Part shown: one piece after another, positions 58,051-64,000 of the stretch
How the letters are laid out: the number at the start of each line of letters is the position of its first letter
Position numbering within the stretch: the stretch's first letter is position 1
DNA from: an uncultured bacterium
GTDB lineage: Bacteria; Zixibacteria; MSB-5A5; UBA10806
Direction of reading: 5' to 3'
DNA: 64,000 bases
Assembly (NCBI GenBank): GCA_965541585.1
Contig: CBEUCH010000017.1
Coordinates: 1 to 64,000 of the forward strand
Made by a program: the position numbers and the translations under genes
The notes under the pieces: generated by a model
The model's database searches: none
Seen by the model: only the letters and a program-made list of their open reading frames with translations
What the model was told of the DNA's origin: nothing

Positions 58051-59049
58051 ATGAGCCGTGAAGTTTTGAATAAACTGGGAATAGACCTTCCGATTTTGCC
58101 GACGACATCGGTTGGCAGTTTCCCCAAGCCTCGTTATTTGATCAAAGGCCGATCGGATCGCAAGAAAGGCAAAATCAGCGATTCAGAATTGGCAGATCTC
58201 GAGGATCGCGCCACCCGGGAATGGATTGAATTCCAGGAGAATATTGATATCAGCGTCATCGTCGACGGCGAGATGTATCGCGGCGATATGGTCGCCTATT
58301 TCGCCGAGAATATCCCCGGATTCGATCCCGGCGGACTGGTGCGCTCCTACGGCAACCGCTACTATTACAAGCCCATCATCAAGGGAAAACTCGAATACCC
58401 GGGGCCGATAACGGTTGACTGGTGGAAGAAGACGCAATCACTGACTGACCAGCCGGTCAAGGGGATGCTGACCGGACCTTATACTATCATGGATTGGTCA
58501 TTCAATGAGTTTTATGCCGATCGAGCCGCCGCCAGTTGCGCTCTGGCGCAACTAATTCGCCAGGAGGTGGCCGAATTGATAAAGGCGGGTTGTAAGATCG
58601 TCCAGGTCGACGAACCGGCCATCAGCGTCAGGCCGGAGGAACTCGAGATAGCGAAAAAGGCGCTGAATATAGTCACCGAGGGGCAGGAGGCCTATTTCAT
58701 CACCCATATCTGCTATGGCTCGTTCGAGAAGATATATCCCGGCATGCTGGAGCTGCCGGTGCACAATATCGACCTGGAGATGTCGAATTCGGACCTCGAC
58801 ATGCTTAAATATTTCAAGCGTTACCCCTTCACCAAGGATATCACCTTCGGCGTTGTGGACGTTCACTCGCACGTGATCGAGGATGTCGATCTGATCAAGT
58901 CCCGGATCGAGCAGGCCTTAAAATACCTCCCGAAAGAAGCAGTCTGGATCGATCCCGATTGCGGCCTGAAAACCCGCACGGTGGACGAGGCCAAAGCGAA
59001 GCTGGAGAATATACAGGCGGCGGTGGCGGCGGTGCGCGAAGCGTTATAG
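58051..59049 (+). CDS. Cobalamin-independent methionine synthase, catalytic C-terminal half (split MetE)
   Basis: PTTSVGSFP, RGDMV, KGMLTGP, QVDEPA, THICY, PDCGLKTR. Confidence 0.88.
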   Translation: MSREVLNKLGIDLPILPTTSVGSFPKPRYLIKGRSDRKKGKISDSELADLEDRATREWIEFQENIDISVIVDGEMYRGDMVAYFAENIPGFDPGGLVRSYGNRYYYKPIIKGKLEYPGPITVDWWKKTQSLTDQPVKGMLTGPYTIMDWSFNEFYADRAAASCALAQLIRQEVAELIKAGCKIVQVDEPAISVRPEELEIAKKALNIVTEGQEAYFITHICYGSFEKIYPGMLELPVHNIDLEMSNSDLDMLKYFKRYPFTKDITFGVVDVHSHVIEDVDLIKSRIEQALKYLPKEAVWIDPDCGLKTRTVDEAKAKLENIQAAVAAVREAL

Positions 59050-59165
59050 GATTCTAAAAAAAAAGATATATATTGCGTTTTAATAATTGATGAACTAATA
59101 TATCTATGTTTCCTTCCCCCGGGAATCAATGGATAAGTATAACTTTTGAGCCGGGAGGTAAAAGA

Positions 59166-59642
59166 ATGCTAAGGCTAATTAGCGTCATGGTTTTATTGAC
59201 CTTCATTCTTTCATGTGCAACGACAGGAATGCAGAAGAAAGAAGAAGAAGCTCCGCTAAGAACCAAGGTTGAAGCATCAAAAGAAAAAATCTATCAAATC
59301 ACCGCAACAAAACTAATGGAGTATGGCTTTGAAATCGAATCATCAGATCCGGTTCTTGGCAGAATAAGCACGAAATATGTAAATCTAAAGCCCGGTTTTG
59401 CTGGAGGACTTGCCTTGGCAGCACTGGGGGCAAAGGATTTTAAAGTCAGTATCACAACACAAATTATTGAATCCGATTCCGGATATTGTGAATTGATAAT
59501 GAGAGGTGTTGGCCAATACGCAATGGATCAAGGTTTATTCCAAGAAGATGAAATCAAATATCAGCCCGTTCGGAAGGATACCTATACCTATAACCAAATG
59601 AAGGAGATTTCTCTGGCCATCAAGACGGAGGTTGAACAATGA
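59166..59642 (+). CDS. Hypothetical lipoprotein
   Basis: ggaggt RBS, ILS-C lipobox, AT-rich. Confidence 0.72.
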   Translation: MLRLISVMVLLTFILSCATTGMQKKEEEAPLRTKVEASKEKIYQITATKLMEYGFEIESSDPVLGRISTKYVNLKPGFAGGLALAALGAKDFKVSITTQIIESDSGYCELIMRGVGQYAMDQGLFQEDEIKYQPVRKDTYTYNQMKEISLAIKTEVEQ

Positions 59643-59992
59643 GAAAATATATATTATTCGTTTTCATAACCGTCACATTATTATTCGGCTGTGAAAAAGA
59701 CGAAGCAACCGGGCCTGTTATCTATTCTGTTAAATATGAGGCTACCGGGACTACTGCATCCGTCAATATTACGATTGAAAATGAACAAGGCGGAACATCT
59801 CAGTATGCTGATATAAATCCAACATGGGATTATAGTTTCACGCGGTCTGCGGGGGAATTCGTATATATCTCGGCTCAAAATCAAACTGAATATGGCTCAG
59901 TTACAGTCACTATTTACGTCGATGGCGATGTATGGAAAACATCATCGAGTAACGGCGCTTATGTCATAGCATCCGCAAGTGGCATACTATAA
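59639..59992 (+). CDS. Hypothetical lipoprotein (small beta-sandwich, MmpS-like)
   Basis: LFG-C lipobox, VKYEATG, TIYVDG; ATGA overlap with the upstream gene. Confidence 0.7.
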   Translation: MRKYILFVFITVTLLFGCEKDEATGPVIYSVKYEATGTTASVNITIENEQGGTSQYADINPTWDYSFTRSAGEFVYISAQNQTEYGSVTVTIYVDGDVWKTSSSNGAYVIASASGIL

Positions 59993-60066
59993 GCCAATCC
60001 CGCTGGAAGCACTGGGTCGAGGATGGAGTCGCGTATATAAGCGAAGGGGGTATGCTCTCATCATAA

Positions 60067-60136
60067 CTGTGGTTGGCGTACCTCCCGGTGCGCCAGCGGG
60101 ATCGTCGTCGGACGGGGACCCCGCCAAAGGCGGGGC
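60067..60136 (+). repeat. 70-bp double-hairpin repeat, copy 1
   Basis: 62/70 identical to 61331-61400. Confidence 0.85.
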
Positions 60137-60201
60137 CGAGCACAATCACCTTTAGTTACGACTCCCCTCCCCTTCAGATTTTCTATATTGACATAAGCAA
60201 T

Positions 60202-61248
60202 CTAAGCGCGGGAGCCGCGCTCATTCACTTCAGGCATCAGCCCGAATATTCGGACTATGGTCGGTAGTGAAAGAAGAAATACAAATGGCAACGCCTCGTA
60301 GTAGACCCGCAATTCATCGATAAAGCCGAATACAAAGGCCAGCGACAAAAGCGGTACTAAAGTCACAATCATGCCGCGCCGAAGGAAAACGGGCTTATGT
60401 TTCCACCCATAGATAAGCAGCGGCAGATGGAATGCAACAACCGCAATAAAATAGAAGAATGCCAGGGGATGCAGAAAGAGGATCAGATTGTGATCGAATA
60501 GATGAAATTCGAACGGCATGCCCGGATTGTCTGCGTACAGGATCATAACCAGTGCCTTGATCGCTATCCAGATCAAACCCTGAAATACCAGATGCAGTGC
60601 AAGTCTTGATCTTGGCATTTCACTGCCTTCTCGGAGATAAAATAAGGCAACCAGCAATATGGAGGTTTCTTTGTTCAGGGTGGCCAGGATAAAAACCAGA
60701 TAGTATAAAAGATATCTCCTTTTCATTATAAGCGCTATCCCCAGGGTGAAAAGAAAGAAAGCGCCGGGATCATATATATAGCTGCAATACCTGAAATATA
60801 TGGGAAGGGCCATTATTGCACCGACCGGTGCAAAATCTGCGACAAAGTCGGGGAAATCGTAGAAGATTTTGATCAGATGGCGCAACATCAATGCAGAACC
60901 GATAAAACATACAAATATCAGAATCAGCATGAGCGCATACTCATAGATATATTCGTTCTCCCATCCCAGCATTTTGATGAACCTCTGCGCAGAAAGGCTT
61001 CCAGTGAAGGCGGATTCGACTTTTTCCTCGACGATTGCAGGAGTTATCTCTGTCGCCACTCTTACTATGGTCGGCAGGAGAATTCTGTAAACATACGGTT
61101 TATGTGCCTTGCCGTAGACCATATCGGGGAACAAGGCTGCGCCGTATAGGTCTATCCCCGGATATATTACGAAGGCCACGGTTATCAATGCGGATATCAG
61201 GATATAGAGCGCTATAAGAAATAATCTTCTCTGGAAGGGCAGGCCCAT
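60202..61248 (-). CDS. Polytopic membrane protein (possible GT-C type glycosyltransferase)
   Basis: About 9 TM; PYVYRIL, YIYDP, NKETS motifs. Confidence 0.65.
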   Translation of the reverse strand: MGLPFQRRLFLIALYILISALITVAFVIYPGIDLYGAALFPDMVYGKAHKPYVYRILLPTIVRVATEITPAIVEEKVESAFTGSLSAQRFIKMLGWENEYIYEYALMLILIFVCFIGSALMLRHLIKIFYDFPDFVADFAPVGAIMALPIYFRYCSYIYDPGAFFLFTLGIALIMKRRYLLYYLVFILATLNKETSILLVALFYLREGSEMPRSRLALHLVFQGLIWIAIKALVMILYADNPGMPFEFHLFDHNLILFLHPLAFFYFIAVVAFHLPLLIYGWKHKPVFLRRGMIVTLVPLLSLAFVFGFIDELRVYYEALPFVFLLSLPTIVRIFGLMPEVNERGSRA

Positions 61249-61330
61249 GTTAGTTTAACAATCCAATGCTCTCCTGGTGCTCAACGAGTCAAATATCAAT
61301 GTCACATAAAAGCCCGTCAAGGATTTTATT

Positions 61331-61400
61331 CTGTAGTTGGCGTATCTCCCGATGCCCCAACAGGGTCGTCGTCGGCCGGGGACCCCGCCAAAGGCGGGGC
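61331..61400 (+). repeat. 70-bp double-hairpin repeat, copy 2 (GTAG-type REP-like)
   Basis: Direct repeat of 60067-60136. Confidence 0.85.
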
Positions 61401-61469
61401 GGATCGCAATAACCTAAAATAATATCATCTTGACACCGGGCAGAATAAAACCATAATTTCTTCTCGCAC

Positions 61470-61555
61470 GCCGGAGTGGTGAAACTGGTAGACGCGCTGG
61501 ACTCAAAATCCAGTGGGGTTAACGCTCCGTGTCGGTTCGATTCCGACCTCCGGCA
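61470..61555 (+). tRNA. tRNA-Leu(CAA)
   Basis: GCCGGAG/CTCCGGC acceptor, CTGGA-CTCAAAA-TCCAG anticodon arm, long variable arm; TTGACA-16 bp-CATAAT upstream. Confidence 0.95.
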
Positions 61556-61596
61556 TTTTTTTTATAGATAATTCGGCTGACTTATCAAGTATGTCT

Positions 61597-63813
61597 TTAT
61601 TGAGTCCCGGGGAGCGTCTGGCTGGCCTCAGGCATCTTTTTATCGACATCCTCAGGTCTGGCCGACGGCAAGAATACCCATATATAATGAGTCAGATTAT
61701 CGCATTCATCGTAGTATGGCAGCACTGATACGGTAATTGTGATTTGATTATTCTGGCCGGGATTGAAGACCAGGTCTCTGGTGAGGCTGCTTTTGCCTTT
61801 GAGGCTACTCCAGACCGAATGGAGGATTGTGAGGTTGGGACTGCGAAGAGCTAAGCTCTTTATACTCATACCCTCCGCTGCACTATCTTCCAGGGAGAAA
61901 AACTCCTTAAAAGAGGTGTTGAAAAAGGAAGCTATTCCTGCGGTATCGGTAATGAGCATAGGCTGCGCCAGTCCCGACAGGATCTTGTGGGAAAATCCGA
62001 TTTTATCTATGGTGTTTTTATATTCGCTGACGTCCCTCACGATCCACTGGATAAAATTGATATCGCCGGTGGCGATTTTTGAGGCGTTGATAGAGACCGG
62101 TATGAAAGTGCCATTTTTAGTTTCGTACTCTATTTCGCCGAGCGTTCCCCGGCCATCGGTGACCGCCGATTGCCATAACTGCCTGGCAATCGGCATTTGA
62201 GGTTGGGGATGGAGCTCCCAGATATATTTAGCAACCAGCTCCGATCTTAAATATTTGAAAGTTCTTATGCCGGTCTCGTTAGCATCGGTGATTTTCCCGG
62301 TTTCGGAATCAACAAAGAAGATGCTGTCGCCTGCCATGTCGACCGAACTTCGGTAAACCTTCTCAGACTCCTTAAGTCTCATATACAGCCGGCTTGTCTC
62401 TATTGCAGACGATGCCTGAGAAGCAAATACGGTTAGAGTCGAAATCTGTTCCTCGTAGAATTTTTTCTTGTTGATCTTATACAGGGTCAGAGCGCCAATC
62501 ACCACGTTTTTGGCCAACAATGGCACGGACAGCAGCGATTCGTCCACATCGGTAGTCCCGGGAACAAGAACTGCAATCTCCGTATCATCGTCACAGTTTT
62601 GAATGTGTGGTTTGCCATCCCGTACGACTGCGCCTGTTAGCCCCTGACCAACAGGGAACTCAAAATTCATCACCTCATCGCTGAAGACTTCTTCGGTCGA
62701 GTAAATAGGCTTTATAACCTGTCGCGCGTGATCCAGAGAGAAGATGGTGCAGGTATCAGAATCCGTGAGGGTCTCAGCCGCCGTGGCAATGGCCTCCAGA
62801 ACATCCTTCATCTCCAGCGACGCCGAAAGAGCCACGCTGGTATCATATAGCCCGGAGAAACGACGGGCCTCCGCCTTTATCCTGGCCCCCATTCTCTCAT
62901 ATTCCTGTTCGTCGTTTATCGTGCACATGAGGTTTTTCACAGCCCTGCCTTTTCGATAGATCTCGCTTATCGCCATAAATACTGGATGTTTTTCTCCATC
63001 CTGTCGGATTAAATGACATCTAATCCTCCTGGAATTTCTGGATGGACCCAGTCTCAGTCTCCAGTTACTCGGCATCTCAAAAATATCTATTGCCTCTTTA
63101 TTTATGAGTTCTCTTTTATCATAACCGGAGATTATCTGAAATTCATCGTTGCCGAAAACGACTCTGCCCGAGAGATTGAGTATTAGAAATGGATTCTTAA
63201 AGGCGTCTATTAGATCCTTCGACTCGAAGTCGAAATCCATAAATCTCTGGGCTCTGCTTAGAAAGCCCGCCCTGAAGAATACCAAACTGCCCATAACCAG
63301 ACTGCATCCTGATATATAGACCTGCGACGCCTGTGCATGATGCAGGACCCAGATAAGGGCTCCCAAGGACAATAGGAGCCTGCGAAAACCATGAAACCGT
63401 ATCAGGCCTGCCACCAGAAAAATGCTCCCGATAAATTCTATTGCCATACCCTGTATGTTTGCGAAGTTGGGCTTGTGGTTGTACAAAAGATGAAGAGCCA
63501 CTAAGATTATTGCAGCTAAAAGCCAGGAGTTCAATAATAATTCGCGCTTTCTTACTCCACCGACATTATTCTCCAGGCAGCAGGCATACGGAAGAAATAG
63601 GAGTATCAATATTCCGGGGTGGGATCGGATGGCAGAATCGAGATGCAGATATTGGAAATTTGTGGTTATTGCCTGGAGAATTAGAAATAGACCAATCAGA
63701 ATATCCAGCGTACATCTGCTGAAATCCGAGATACGGCGGTTTCTTCCGTTAGCGAACACTCCCAGGAAAACCGCAACCCCCAGGAATATTTCAAGTACTC
63801 CGTTAGGCGACAT
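61597..63813 (-). CDS. Membrane-anchored PAS-GAF-PAS-PAS sensor protein
   Basis: N-terminal TMs; PAS motifs (ISGYDKRELIN, ITDANE), GAF (GQGLTG, SVPLLAK); no output domain seen. Confidence 0.8.
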   Translation of the reverse strand: MSPNGVLEIFLGVAVFLGVFANGRNRRISDFSRCTLDILIGLFLILQAITTNFQYLHLDSAIRSHPGILILLFLPYACCLENNVGGVRKRELLLNSWLLAAIILVALHLLYNHKPNFANIQGMAIEFIGSIFLVAGLIRFHGFRRLLLSLGALIWVLHHAQASQVYISGCSLVMGSLVFFRAGFLSRAQRFMDFDFESKDLIDAFKNPFLILNLSGRVVFGNDEFQIISGYDKRELINKEAIDIFEMPSNWRLRLGPSRNSRRIRCHLIRQDGEKHPVFMAISEIYRKGRAVKNLMCTINDEQEYERMGARIKAEARRFSGLYDTSVALSASLEMKDVLEAIATAAETLTDSDTCTIFSLDHARQVIKPIYSTEEVFSDEVMNFEFPVGQGLTGAVVRDGKPHIQNCDDDTEIAVLVPGTTDVDESLLSVPLLAKNVVIGALTLYKINKKKFYEEQISTLTVFASQASSAIETSRLYMRLKESEKVYRSSVDMAGDSIFFVDSETGKITDANETGIRTFKYLRSELVAKYIWELHPQPQMPIARQLWQSAVTDGRGTLGEIEYETKNGTFIPVSINASKIATGDINFIQWIVRDVSEYKNTIDKIGFSHKILSGLAQPMLITDTAGIASFFNTSFKEFFSLEDSAAEGMSIKSLALRSPNLTILHSVWSSLKGKSSLTRDLVFNPGQNNQITITVSVLPYYDECDNLTHYIWVFLPSARPEDVDKKMPEASQTLPGTQ

Positions 63814-64000
63814 AAGAAATATCCTGCCCTTAATGAGTTTTATCGGGAATATGGATACCCTCTCATATGTTATCGATCATTCGGCGAGGATCTTGAATTT
63901 CGGGCATATGATCAAGTATTGCGATTCTGCCAAAAAGAGAGCCGGCCCCCGGATGAGGCCGGCATTCGATCGCAGATTGTGGAAATTTCAGAAAGCAAGA

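Noticed and set aside
1..64000. CRISPR array, cas genes, integrase, transposase or reverse transcriptase
   Set aside because: No regularly spaced short repeats and no matching protein motifs seen in the ORF track

Overview
Bacterial chromosomal window. Two secreted proteins end in PNPFN...KMLLLK-type C-terminal sorting domains and there is a Bacteroidota-like bS22, which points to an FCB-group organism such as Zixibacteria (inference). Genes from 1 to 20.35 kb all lie on the + strand: a HYR-repeat protein, tRNA-Arg, proS, rimP-nusA-infB-rbfA-truB-ribF-rpsO-pnp and leuS. Genes after 20.6 kb are mostly on the - strand: GH57, HU, sppA, MltD-like, miaA, mutL, purF, sigma54 two-component systems and methionine genes. 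At this switch sits a XerCD dif-like site (20390-20417), probably the replication terminus. A second, half-degenerate dif-like site about 850 bp away brackets a collagen-like lipoprotein gene and an orphan promoter, a possible mini Xer-integrated module. A 4.4-kb island flanked by a 186-bp duplication of the 3' end of a GAF (MsrC-like) gene encodes an Lgt-like enzyme, an IPT-metzincin protease with a non-canonical lipobox, and a partner protein. Also found: a 31-aa bS22 ORF missed by the ORF track, a sigma54 promoter upstream of a catalytically degenerate GGDEF gene, a candidate 6S-like RNA, a split MetE pair, and 70-bp hairpin repeats flanking a membrane gene. No CRISPR array, integrase or transposase was seen. 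All calls come from reading the sequence; no searches were run.
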